From: a virus
Lineage: Duplodnaviria; Caudoviricetes
DNA length: 64,000 nucleotides
Virus record (IMG/VR): IMGVR_UViG_3300031555_000648
Span: 1 to 64,000 of that record
Direction: 5' to 3' (one strand)
The position numbers and the translations under genes are program-made. Shown piece by piece: positions 36,726 through 45,417 of the stretch. The notes beneath the pieces are model-generated. The model was not told the origin of the DNA, did not search any database, and saw only the letters and a program-made list of their open reading frames with translations. Numbering within the stretch: the stretch's first letter is position 1; each line of letters opens with the position of its first letter.

Positions 36726-36789
36726 ATTATATCATAAAATCATAAAATAGACAAATAAGACCATAACAGCTAGTCCACTGCTATGGTCT
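36726..36789 (-). promoter_or_regulatory. Terminator (36758-36789) and promoter TTGTCT-17-TATAAT
   Basis: AGACCAT/ATGGTCT stem; consensus -10. Confidence 0.65.
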
Positions 36790-36797
36790 CACTCTAC

Positions 36798-37127
36798 CTA
36801 CTTATACTGATTTACAATGTTCTGCAAGGTCTCATCTACAGTGCTAACAACTCTTTCATAAGCCTGTTGGGTTGTTTCACCCTCCTGCACTTCATCTGTC
36901 AACCACACATCTACTCTCAAACTCTCATAGTCTCCCATGTTAAGAGTTGTACCAATACTAACACCAACTGTAGGATTGCTTCCATCAAGGTGCTTTCTGG
37001 AATGGTCATTTGGCTTACCCTCTTTAAGAGTGGTCTGGTTCTTAGATGTACCTCTGGTAACTGTGGCATTTTCTTCTGCCTGTGCTGACAACGACTTCTT
37101 CAACGATTTGTTCTTTAAACTTGCCAT
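36798..37127 (-). CDS. Hypothetical phage protein, 109 aa (VGVSIGTTLNMGDYESLRVD)
   Basis: ORF track; AAGGAGG RBS. Confidence 0.8.
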   Translation of the reverse strand: MASLKNKSLKKSLSAQAEENATVTRGTSKNQTTLKEGKPNDHSRKHLDGSNPTVGVSIGTTLNMGDYESLRVDVWLTDEVQEGETTQQAYERVVSTVDETLQNIVNQYK

Positions 37128-37149
37128 GATAACTGCTACCTCCTTAAGA

Positions 37150-37500
37150 TTACTGCTCTACATACATTCCATGTCTGTCAGAGTCTTTGATTGTTACAGC
37201 AATTATAAACTCACTGTTCTCAAGAGTCAAATTCACCACTTTACCCTTGTCATTAAACTGACTCACTTTGTAGCTTGGGTCAAGGTTGAACTGACTAGAA
37301 ACTACCTGCGTAGCAAGTCTAAGTCTTTCAGTGTTAGCACCCTCGGACTGCTTCTTCTCTTCTGCTTTCGCAATAGCTTCTTTCTCGTCCTCATTCATAA
37401 CAGGTTCTTTCTCAACTGCTTCTGCGACAGTTTCTTCCACTTTTTCTTCAACTACAGCAGGTGTGGTCTTCTCTGCTTTCTTCTTTGCTTTCAGTGCCAT
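37150..37500 (-). CDS. Hypothetical protein with Lys/Glu-rich N-half
   Basis: ORF track. Confidence 0.75.
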   Translation of the reverse strand: MALKAKKKAEKTTPAVVEEKVEETVAEAVEKEPVMNEDEKEAIAKAEEKKQSEGANTERLRLATQVVSSQFNLDPSYKVSQFNDKGKVVNLTLENSEFIIAVTIKDSDRHGMYVEQ

Positions 37501-37503
37501 GTC

Positions 37504-37842
37504 TTAATCCTCTTCTTTCTTGAAAAATTTATCATTTATCTTCTGAAACTCCCTGTAGAGTTTATCAGTAAATGCTGTGTGACTAACCCTAGAGCCTTGT
37601 GTGATGTGTGAACTTTCAGCACACTTGACAATAGCGTCAATGTGTTCTTTGGAGTAGAGTCGTTTACCTTTCTGCTTAAAAGGTGTTGGTGGTATGATAC
37701 CTCCAACTTCCCACTTTCGGATAGTCTGTGAGGTTCTACCGAGTGCTTCTGCTACAACACCTATATTGTACAGTGTGGTCTTAACTCCTGTTGGTGATGT
37801 ATAGGGAATTTCTCTACCCCACGGAGTCTTTTCGTAACTCAC
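37504..37842 (-). CDS. MerR-like HTH DNA-binding protein
   Basis: YNIGVVAEALGRTSQTIRKWE..GIIP. Confidence 0.8.
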   Translation of the reverse strand: MSYEKTPWGREIPYTSPTGVKTTLYNIGVVAEALGRTSQTIRKWEVGGIIPPTPFKQKGKRLYSKEHIDAIVKCAESSHITQGSRVSHTAFTDKLYREFQKINDKFFKKEED

Positions 37843-37848
37843 TACTTA

Positions 37849-38352
37849 CTACTTCTTTCTTGCCACTTTAGCAGTAGATACTTCTACCTCTGGCATAGCT
37901 TCTTTCTCTTTAACAAGAACAGAATAGCTTACCTTAGTGTTAGTAAAGGCTTCTACTTCATCTAAAGTAATACGCTTGTCCTGTATTGCAGACTGCAATC
38001 TGTCCTCATTAACCGTCTTTGTGGTCACTACATCTACTACATCACCTAATCCCATAGACTCAAGTGTCTCAACAGCTTTGTCCTGCTCAATGCTAAATGA
38101 CTTCTTGGCTACTTTACCCATGATGTGGCTGTCACTCTCAAGGTAGAATGAACCCTTGTCATCTTTTACACCGAACTGTTCAGCACCATTCTTAATCTTC
38201 TCTGCAAGTGCTTTCTTCTGTTCTTCTAACTGCTTAATCTGTGCCGAAATATCAGCATACTCTCTACCCATCTTCGCAATGTCATCAGCAGAGAATAAAG
38301 GCTTAATCTTACTTTCGGCAGGTTTCTTTGATACTTTCTTCAATGTTGCCAT
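37849..38352 (-). CDS. Coiled-coil protein, possibly Gam-like
   Basis: N-terminal coiled coil; AAGGAGG RBS favours start at 38352; family call is weak. Confidence 0.55.
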   Translation of the reverse strand: MATLKKVSKKPAESKIKPLFSADDIAKMGREYADISAQIKQLEEQKKALAEKIKNGAEQFGVKDDKGSFYLESDSHIMGKVAKKSFSIEQDKAVETLESMGLGDVVDVVTTKTVNEDRLQSAIQDKRITLDEVEAFTNTKVSYSVLVKEKEAMPEVEVSTAKVARKK

Positions 38353-38384
38353 TTCAGCATACCTCCTTAATTTTATGTGGTAAA

Positions 38385-38413
38385 AGTGTAGCATAGATTT
38401 TCAATAGTGTCAA
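38385..38413 (-). promoter_or_regulatory. sigmaA promoter TTGACA-17-TACACT
   Basis: Consensus -35, extended -10. Confidence 0.75.
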
Positions 38414-39975
38414 CTGTTATAACCTCTGGTAAACATTCCTTTTCTCTTGGAATTAAAGGTTTCTTTAGAGTCCTTTATTTTATACTTGAGTCTTCTGTAT
38501 GCTGTCTGTCTGGTAGCATAATGACTTCCTAAAGAATAACACTTAGAATATCTTATATCATACACTTTAACAGGATTGAGTTTACCCTCTTTTCGTCTTC
38601 TGATACGACCTGTAGCTTGCTCTACATTTTTCTGGTTATTTACAGAAGACACTAAAAACTCTACTTCCCATGACTTCACATTTGTACCCTCTGTAGCTTT
38701 AGCGTATGTAGCAAGTGTGACAAGTATTTCTTTATTCTCTGCCTTTCTCATCATATCTTCGGACTTCTCTTTGCTATCACCATAGTACAGCATAATCTGG
38801 TCTTTTGGAATATAACGACAAAGGTGTCTATAATAAAGGTTAATATGCTCCTTTTGAGTGAACAGGGCAATGATAGAATGACCTTGATTATAGTGTTCAA
38901 TAATTTTCTTACACACCATAATTTTGGTCTTGGAACTTTTCACTGCTTCATCATCAATAGTTAAATAAGGAATACTTGGTCTCTCACCATGTGGCAGGTC
39001 TGACACAAACACTAAGGTCTCTGGTAAGTCTTCCTCTTTGAAGTCATGATAATTGAATACCTGCTTCTTAAATAGGAATGGCTTATATTCAAATGGACTG
39101 TCTAACACCTCAACTTCAACACTACAAATATCCTCATCATCTTCTGTGATAACGTGCTTATAACAAAGACCTCCAAAGAACAGGTCAAACACAAAATTCA
39201 GACCATCACTACGATTAGGTGTAGCTGATAGTCCTAATTTATACTTACTGCTAAACTGATTGATAATGTTAAAGATATTCAGTCCTACATGGTGACACTC
39301 ATCTTGTACTACAAATCCAAAAGCACCTATAAGGTCTTGTAATTCATGCTCACTCATTCTACTCAAAGTCTGGACTGTGGCAATAGTAATCTGCTTACCT
39401 ACTTTTCGGCTCTTTGCTTTAATGAGTCCTATGTCAATGTCATCACCAAAACATTTCTTAATGTCATTCTGCCAACCTACAACAAGGTCATCTTTGTGTA
39501 CTAAAATCAAAGTCTTCTGCCCCAACTTCTGTGCAATATGAAGTGCAAGAATACTTTTACCCTTACCTGTAGGTAATTGTATGATACATTTTGGGTGTAC
39601 TGCATAAGTGACTTCTTGCATATATTCTTTTTCGGCTCTAATTTGGTCATTTCGGAGTTCCAAAAGAAACTTAGGGAACTTTACTCGTACATCATGTCTT
39701 TTGTCCTCAAATGGCACAAATGGAACATCAAGTATCTTACTGACATTAACACCTATAGGAACTTCTAACACTTTCTTTCTCTCACCATCTTCATCTTTGA
39801 CACTAAATTCGCTGTAGTAGGTCAAGTAAGGTGGAATGGAAATGTATTTTGACCTAGAATATCTTTTGGCATTTTTATAAGCAGGATTGTCAAAAGTAAG
39901 TGCTTCCTTTATCTTCTCTCTCTGCTCACTTGTCAGACCATAAATCTCTTGGTCATTAGATTGTACTATATTCAT
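38410..39975 (-). CDS. Superfamily 2 DNA helicase (UvsW/Res-like)
   Basis: LRNDQ, LPTGKGKS, DECHH, GLSATP and QATGRIRR motifs. Confidence 0.92.
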   Translation of the reverse strand: MNIVQSNDQEIYGLTSEQREKIKEALTFDNPAYKNAKRYSRSKYISIPPYLTYYSEFSVKDEDGERKKVLEVPIGVNVSKILDVPFVPFEDKRHDVRVKFPKFLLELRNDQIRAEKEYMQEVTYAVHPKCIIQLPTGKGKSILALHIAQKLGQKTLILVHKDDLVVGWQNDIKKCFGDDIDIGLIKAKSRKVGKQITIATVQTLSRMSEHELQDLIGAFGFVVQDECHHVGLNIFNIINQFSSKYKLGLSATPNRSDGLNFVFDLFFGGLCYKHVITEDDEDICSVEVEVLDSPFEYKPFLFKKQVFNYHDFKEEDLPETLVFVSDLPHGERPSIPYLTIDDEAVKSSKTKIMVCKKIIEHYNQGHSIIALFTQKEHINLYYRHLCRYIPKDQIMLYYGDSKEKSEDMMRKAENKEILVTLATYAKATEGTNVKSWEVEFLVSSVNNQKNVEQATGRIRRRKEGKLNPVKVYDIRYSKCYSLGSHYATRQTAYRRLKYKIKDSKETFNSKRKGMFTRGYNS

Positions 39976-40573
39976 TAGTTATCTCCTTTCTATGTAAACT
40001 TCCTGTGTCTTCATCATATTCAACAGTCCACTCATAATGATTGTCTTTAAGGACTGCCAATACATCATCTAAAATTCTTCGTTCTCTTGGTCTATTCTTC
40101 TTTTGACCTCTGATTATTACTTCACCAGAAAGTGCTAACTCTTCAATGACTAAGGTAGCTTTAATCATTCTCTGTTTCTCCTTTTCAATCTTCTGCTTCT
40201 CGTACAGCATTTTGTTATACTCTTTCATATAGGATTTTCTGTATGCCTGTCTTTCTGGTTTAGCTTCATGTCTTGCTCTTCTAGCTTTACCTTTTTCTGA
40301 CTTCTCATATCTCTTAAATCTAGCCTTGGCAAACTCATTAGTATTCATTCTGTGTATCATTTCCTTACCTTTCGGAGTTTGTCTATATTTTGCTGTGGCT
40401 CTTGCCTTTGGGTCATCTATCTGTCTTATGACCTCTTGTCTTCTTTCAGTCTTTATGGAAGTCTCATAATCAACACTAAAACTAACCTCTTCTTCACTTA
40501 AAATGTCACTGTCATTGATACAGTCACTAAATTTGCAGTGAAGACAATCCATGTCACATATTTTCTCACTCAT
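39956..40573 (-). CDS. Basic helical protein with N-terminal Cys cluster and two RY/KY-x2-[ST]-x-KGK repeats
   Basis: ORF track. Confidence 0.7.
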   Translation of the reverse strand: MSEKICDMDCLHCKFSDCINDSDILSEEEVSFSVDYETSIKTERRQEVIRQIDDPKARATAKYRQTPKGKEMIHRMNTNEFAKARFKRYEKSEKGKARRARHEAKPERQAYRKSYMKEYNKMLYEKQKIEKEKQRMIKATLVIEELALSGEVIIRGQKKNRPRERRILDDVLAVLKDNHYEWTVEYDEDTGSLHRKEITNEYSTI

Positions 40574-40610
40574 GCTACAACCTCAACTTTCTACAATGGA
40601 GTCTTTGGCT

Positions 40611-40671
40611 ATTATAGCATATATTGCTAAACAAAGCAAAAGACCCAAGCAGTCCGAAACCACTTAGGTCT
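40611..40671 (-). terminator. Endolysin terminator (TTCG loop) next to promoter TTGCTT-17-TATAAT
   Basis: AGACCTAAG...CTTGGGTCT stem followed by TTTG. Confidence 0.7.
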
Positions 40672-40748
40672 GTAACTTAAATCTTTATTAAGTTCTATAA
40701 TATTATATAATTAAATAATTTATATTACAGAACTAAGAGCCGACACTC

Positions 40749-42230
40749 CTACTTCGCAATGACATTCTCTGCTTTAACAACACCTGTTACTGCACCTGTC
40801 TTCTTGGTACTGAAAATGACTCCCTTGTCATTAGTTCCTCTGTAGTAGAGAGTACTCTTAAACACCCAACTTGGAATGGTCTTTCCATTATAGTAGGTAG
40901 TTCCTGCTTTAAGAGTAATTACATCACCCTCTTTGAGTTCTTTCTTAACAGGAGCAGGGGCAACAGAAGTCTTCACCTTTATATACTCTGGGTTCTCTAA
41001 GTAGATATATCCATCTTTCTTAGAAGCATAGGACTTTAAGAGACCCCAACCATCTACAACTTCAACGATTGTGAATACACCCTTACCTGTCTGACCCACA
41101 ACATTGTCTCCCATTTTAGGCTCTTTTCTGATGTTAAGGTCATCAACTAAAACCTGTACAGAGAATGGTGTTGCAGGGAACTTCTGTGTCTCTTCTTTTA
41201 CTGTGCTACCACCAAGTCTAGCAGTAACAGTGTTTGCTAAACTCATAAGTCTTCCATAGAGATAATCCCCCGGACAACTCTTGTTAGCAAACCATCTGTG
41301 AACTGTTAAAAGCATTTCATCACTTGCAGGAACATAAGCAAGTGCTTTAGCCTTATCAGCAATCCAGATTAACTTGGTCTTCTTGTTACGCTTGCAAATA
41401 TCAACACATAAGTCCACCAACTTATTGTAAACAGTGCTGTTTACTGCATAAGGGTGTGTCTTGTCCGAAGCACACTCAATAGTAACTGCTCTCTGGTCAT
41501 TGGCACTAGAACTACTGCACCAACTTCTGTTTGCTTCATCAACACACAAAACAACTCTTCCGTCATAACCAATACCATAGTTACAACTTGCTTTTCTGCT
41601 AGGACTTGTAAAACAAGAACCAATTCTTTCAGCAGATAACTGTCCTACAACAACGTGTGGAGTAATTCTGTCAATCTTTTTAGTTCTCACACCACTGTGA
41701 TTAGGACTCATCACTCTGCAATTTACTAAACTACTATTGCTCATAGTCTTTTCCTCCTTTACTTTATCATATTTTGTCAAATCCCACTGCTCAAGCACTC
41801 TGTACACATTCTCAACATACTTGAGAGAAGTGGCATAGCCATCTTCTTTAATGAGTTCTAAGTACTTGTGTGGGTCTTCAACACCTTTGAGGTTCTCATA
41901 GTTTGGAATATTGATAAACTGAAAATATCCAAGGACACCATCTTTCATATTATCAAAAGCATACCATGCTGTTGTGTTAGGAAGAGGTGTATAAGAACCA
42001 TCTTTGTTCTGTTCTGAACCTCCATCTTCAAAATAACCACTGTTACAGGTCACTCTGTTCTTTCGGTATTTTAAGCCAAAGTAATTATGGTACTCCGCTT
42101 TCTTTGAAGTACCATAACCACTCTCTAAACACGCTTGTGCAATAATAGGACTACACACTTTAATACCGAACATTGGTGCAAACTCTTGTACATGACCTGC
42201 AATAGCTTCAATAAACTCTTGCTTTGTCAT
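40749..42230 (-). CDS. Endolysin: GH73 glucosaminidase + Amidase_2 + SH3-like binding domains
   Basis: IAQACLESGYG..NYFG...GYATS; ITPH..V...ASCNY...TIEC...HRWF.NKSCPG; DLNIR..P...GWG. Confidence 0.9.
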   Translation of the reverse strand: MTKQEFIEAIAGHVQEFAPMFGIKVCSPIIAQACLESGYGTSKKAEYHNYFGLKYRKNRVTCNSGYFEDGGSEQNKDGSYTPLPNTTAWYAFDNMKDGVLGYFQFINIPNYENLKGVEDPHKYLELIKEDGYATSLKYVENVYRVLEQWDLTKYDKVKEEKTMSNSSLVNCRVMSPNHSGVRTKKIDRITPHVVVGQLSAERIGSCFTSPSRKASCNYGIGYDGRVVLCVDEANRSWCSSSSANDQRAVTIECASDKTHPYAVNSTVYNKLVDLCVDICKRNKKTKLIWIADKAKALAYVPASDEMLLTVHRWFANKSCPGDYLYGRLMSLANTVTARLGGSTVKEETQKFPATPFSVQVLVDDLNIRKEPKMGDNVVGQTGKGVFTIVEVVDGWGLLKSYASKKDGYIYLENPEYIKVKTSVAPAPVKKELKEGDVITLKAGTTYYNGKTIPSWVFKSTLYYRGTNDKGVIFSTKKTGAVTGVVKAENVIAK

Positions 42231-42236
42231 ACTTAT

Positions 42237-42584
42237 TTACACCTCGTCTTTTTGATGATTATTCAGCTTTCCGTCATCTAACAAGTCCTTACACAAGTCA
42301 AACCACAACTGAATTACTTTTCTTAATAATTTTTCAGTAATGAACAGGTTAAAAGGACTCGGAATGGCACTTCTAGCCAACTGCACTACATACTCAAACT
42401 TCTGCTCATTCTCTCCATACTGAAACTCATGTTCAGCTTCAATGAAGAGGTTGTACACAGTCTTGCGGATTTTCTCCAACCCAACGTGTTGAACAAACTT
42501 CACCACAAGGAAGATTGCAAGTGCAAGGACAAGCACCAAAAAGATGATTGCTAATACAGGGTTTTCAATTAAGAAATTGTACAT
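42237..42584 (-). CDS. Putative holin (LL-H-like)
   Basis: N-terminal TM helix, EAE...G..KF motif, adjacent to endolysin. Confidence 0.7.
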   Translation of the reverse strand: MYNFLIENPVLAIIFLVLVLALAIFLVVKFVQHVGLEKIRKTVYNLFIEAEHEFQYGENEQKFEYVVQLARSAIPSPFNLFITEKLLRKVIQLWFDLCKDLLDDGKLNNHQKDEV

Positions 42585-42595
42585 ACTAACACCTC

Positions 42596-43099
42596 CTATA
42601 AGAATTTGTTTTCATGTAAACAGTGTTGGTACACGTCCTCTATGTACTTAAACTCACTGTCAATGAAATGGTTTGGTATATCATGGAGTTCACAGTAACC
42701 AACATAGTCACTGTAGTCTCTCATAATATTCTCAAAGTGATTTTGTGTGTGGTGGTCTCCACATCTGCATGAGTCAGCAAATTCGATAATTCTTGACCTT
42801 AATCTCTTAGCTTCTTTTTCGTCATCATCTTTCTGCTTCTCACTAAATTTTCTGTCCACCTTTTTATCTAACTCAATAATTGCTTCGTTGTTAGCTTTCT
42901 GTTGCTGTTCAATCTTGGTTAGCCTTGTATCTACATTATGGGTCAAACATTTGCCTATCCACTGTAATAAATGTGTCCAAGGCTTAAATGGTAGTTTCTT
43001 GGCTTTCTCAACAACTACACTAAGTACTGTGATTGTTCCCACTATGAAATAAATAATGTCTTTCAGTGTGATTGACTCTAAAAATGCAAAATCATTCAT
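42596..43099 (-). CDS. Membrane-anchored coiled-coil lysis-region protein
   Basis: N-terminal TM segment, KPW..W, R..I..F...C motifs; position. Confidence 0.65.
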   Translation of the reverse strand: MNDFAFLESITLKDIIYFIVGTITVLSVVVEKAKKLPFKPWTHLLQWIGKCLTHNVDTRLTKIEQQQKANNEAIIELDKKVDRKFSEKQKDDDEKEAKRLRSRIIEFADSCRCGDHHTQNHFENIMRDYSDYVGYCELHDIPNHFIDSEFKYIEDVYQHCLHENKFL

Positions 43100-43217
43100 A
43101 GTGACTCCTAAACTCCTTTCTTAATATTCTTAAGTTATGATACCACATTGAGAAAATAAAATCTATACAAATTTAAAAGACCCTACTGAAATTCTTCTCA
43201 ATAGGGTCTCTGTGGTC

Positions 43218-43361
43218 TTACTCTTCGTATTCAACACCTGTAATCTCATAGAACTCATCTTCGGTAATCTTGCCCTTTTTAACAGCATTTTTTACCATCT
43301 TGATGTTCCAAAGACCTTTATCATAGTACATCTTAATCTTGTCAAAATCTTTACTCTTCAT
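43218..43361 (-). CDS. XkdX-family protein, 47 aa
   Basis: MKSKDFDKIKMYYDKGLWNIKMVKNAVKKGKITEDEFYEITG; translated by hand. Confidence 0.85.
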   Translation of the reverse strand: MKSKDFDKIKMYYDKGLWNIKMVKNAVKKGKITEDEFYEITGVEYEE

Positions 43362-43524
43362 AATCTGCACCTCCCATTTCGGTCTCGTCCATTACTGGAA
43401 TTTCAACGTCTGCCATCATAGCAACATAGTCAAGCATAGCCTGTGTGTTTGCAAGGTCAGCTTGCATTGCTTCATACTTCCTCTGTTGAACAGGGTCGTT
43501 TTGTTTCTTATAAGGATTACTCAT
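43351..43524 (-). CDS. Small XkdW-like tail-associated protein (…LDYVAMMADVEI…)
   Basis: Track ORF 43351-43632; AAAGGAG RBS favours start at 43524. Confidence 0.65.
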   Translation of the reverse strand: MSNPYKKQNDPVQQRKYEAMQADLANTQAMLDYVAMMADVEIPVMDETEMGGADYEE

Positions 43525-43528
43525 GACT

Positions 43529-44563
43529 TTATTCTCCTTTCCATAAATCTGCATAGTATTTATCCATTCTCTGTAACAATTTAGTGGAGTTACCTTTACT
43601 TGCGTGGTTTCTCCAAGCGGAATAACATTCATCTACTTTGGCTCTGGTTCTTTCACCTTTCTTAGCAAGAGCAACAAGCCTATAGAGTTTCTTTCGTTCA
43701 CGCTTCACATTTTCTGGATTTAGTGTTTTTATCACCTTACCTGTCTTTGTGAGTCTGAATATGAACCCAAGAAAAAGTATTCCATCACTTATTGGATAGA
43801 CTCTTGTTTTCTTCTCATTAAATGTAAATCCCATCTTAGAGAGTTCTTCCCTTAAACGACACTTACACTCTTCAAGGTATTCAGCGTCCTCATGAATGAG
43901 AATAAAATCGTCCATGTATCTGATATAAAACTTAATGTGCAATACTTCTTTTACAAAGTGGTCTATGGGGTCAAGCACTGAAATTCCTGCTATCTGTATC
44001 ATCTGACTCCCCGGATTAAATCCTATGTCACCTGCATACTGTTCATCAAGGACTTTCTCTGCTCTGTTGTAGATACAAGCACCCAAACTCTTGCGAAATA
44101 TGTCTTTGGCTACACTGTGTTGCATATTGGGATAGTACCCATGTATATCACACTGTAACACTGACCAATTAAGACCTCTCTTTCTAAAACACTTCTGCAA
44201 GAAACAGACAAGTCTATCTCTTGCGTCATCAGTTCCCTTACCTTTCTGGCAAGCACAATTATCTCGTATGAACCTCTTGCTCATTGTTGGGTATATAGCG
44301 TTGTCGTTAAGACTTCTCTGATATATCCTGTCTCTAAAGGTGATACTCAATATGTCTCGTTCCTTTGGTGAGGTCACTTTAAACTTATAAGGCTTATTCG
44401 CTTTGTAGGTCTCATTCTTTAACTGTTCCTCTAAAGTCAGCGTTCTTTCAACACCATTCAAGAAGTAACTCTGGACTGACCCTTTCCACATAACACCTTT
44501 TCTGCACTTATACATTGACTGATACAAGGCTTCAAATCCAATAACATTCTCAAGATTATCCAT
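43529..44563 (-). CDS. DGR reverse transcriptase
   Basis: FRDRIYQ, ACQKGKGT, CDIHGYY, GSQMIQ, YIRYMDDF and FLGF motifs; adjacent to TR and avd. Confidence 0.96.
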   Translation of the reverse strand: MDNLENVIGFEALYQSMYKCRKGVMWKGSVQSYFLNGVERTLTLEEQLKNETYKANKPYKFKVTSPKERDILSITFRDRIYQRSLNDNAIYPTMSKRFIRDNCACQKGKGTDDARDRLVCFLQKCFRKRGLNWSVLQCDIHGYYPNMQHSVAKDIFRKSLGACIYNRAEKVLDEQYAGDIGFNPGSQMIQIAGISVLDPIDHFVKEVLHIKFYIRYMDDFILIHEDAEYLEECKCRLREELSKMGFTFNEKKTRVYPISDGILFLGFIFRLTKTGKVIKTLNPENVKRERKKLYRLVALAKKGERTRAKVDECYSAWRNHASKGNSTKLLQRMDKYYADLWKGE

Positions 44564-44733
44564 TCAAAATAGTTTCCGCAACGTGTATAGTTGTACCAAC
44601 TTTAAAGGTGATTAAAGTTGACAACATCATTGACAGTATTGTTTAGCCATAAGGCAAGGGTTTTCGGTTCTTTGTGCCATATTTCATAGTGCGTCACTTC
44701 TACAAAGTGACTTGTTGTGCCTATTATTTTTTA

Positions 44734-44856
44734 CACAATCCGGAGCACACCTATTCGCATTGATAGCGTTGTTGTTGTTGACATTACCAGAAGAGTTCAC
44801 ATTCCATGTATTGTTAGCATTACCACGATTACTGCTACGCAGTCGAACATTCTGCG
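44734..44856 (-). ncRNA. DGR template repeat (TR), 123 bp
   Basis: Differs from VR at 13 positions, all A on the minus strand; 14 AAY codons in the target frame. Confidence 0.97.
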
Positions 44857-44890
44857 TCCTTAACCTACACCCTATATAGTGAACGAATGG

Positions 44891-45304
44891 TTACTTAATA
44901 TCACCATAACGCTTACTATCTGACTCATTCCAACTACGGATTTTGTTTCGGACAGTGATTGTCTTCTCTCCCCAATACTTAATCCGTTTCGATTTAAGGT
45001 GGAACACTTCTTGTGCCAACTGCATTAAAGCTAAGAGGTTATTACAGTTCAAAGCAGATTGCTTCTGCAACCTGTTTCTTTCTTCCCAATCTTCTCTTGT
45101 CTTAACATAAATGTTATTAGCAGTCCAACAGTCCATGTAGATACTTTTCGCACAGCTTATTATATCATTGGTGATACCATTGTTATACTCTGGTAAGAAC
45201 ACGTTCTGATTTTTTGTTATCTGTATGGTGTATGTTGCCAAACTTCTTGCTAGAATGATGACTTCTAACTTACTGTGACTTCTTTCACCCTCTGGTACTG
45301 ACAC
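44891..45304 (-). CDS. avd: DGR accessory variability determinant (Avd, four-helix)
   Basis: 137 aa helical protein (…AN.I…R..LQ..A…) between VR and TR. Confidence 0.9.
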   Translation of the reverse strand: MSVPEGERSHSKLEVIILARSLATYTIQITKNQNVFLPEYNNGITNDIISCAKSIYMDCWTANNIYVKTREDWEERNRLQKQSALNCNNLLALMQLAQEVFHLKSKRIKYWGEKTITVRNKIRSWNESDSKRYGDIK

Positions 45305-45342
45305 GTCCGTTCCTCCTTTCTCTATTTAGTTTATATAATGCT

Positions 45343-45396
45343 CCACCATGTAGTGAGAACACCTCAATGGCATTCCCAACCTACATGGTGGTTGGG
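45343..45396 (-). other. Hairpin/cruciform downstream of VR, with two mutually exclusive stems
   Basis: CCCAACC-N8-GGTTGGG (45375-45396) and CCACCATGTAG...CTACATGGTGG (45343-45391). Confidence 0.7.
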
Positions 45397-45417
45397 GATT
45401 AAGTTAATGCCCTCTGA

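Noticed and set aside
37285-37296. CTGCGTAGC matching part of TR as a possible second VR
   Set aside because: Only 9 nt match, in the opposite orientation, with no flanking homology.
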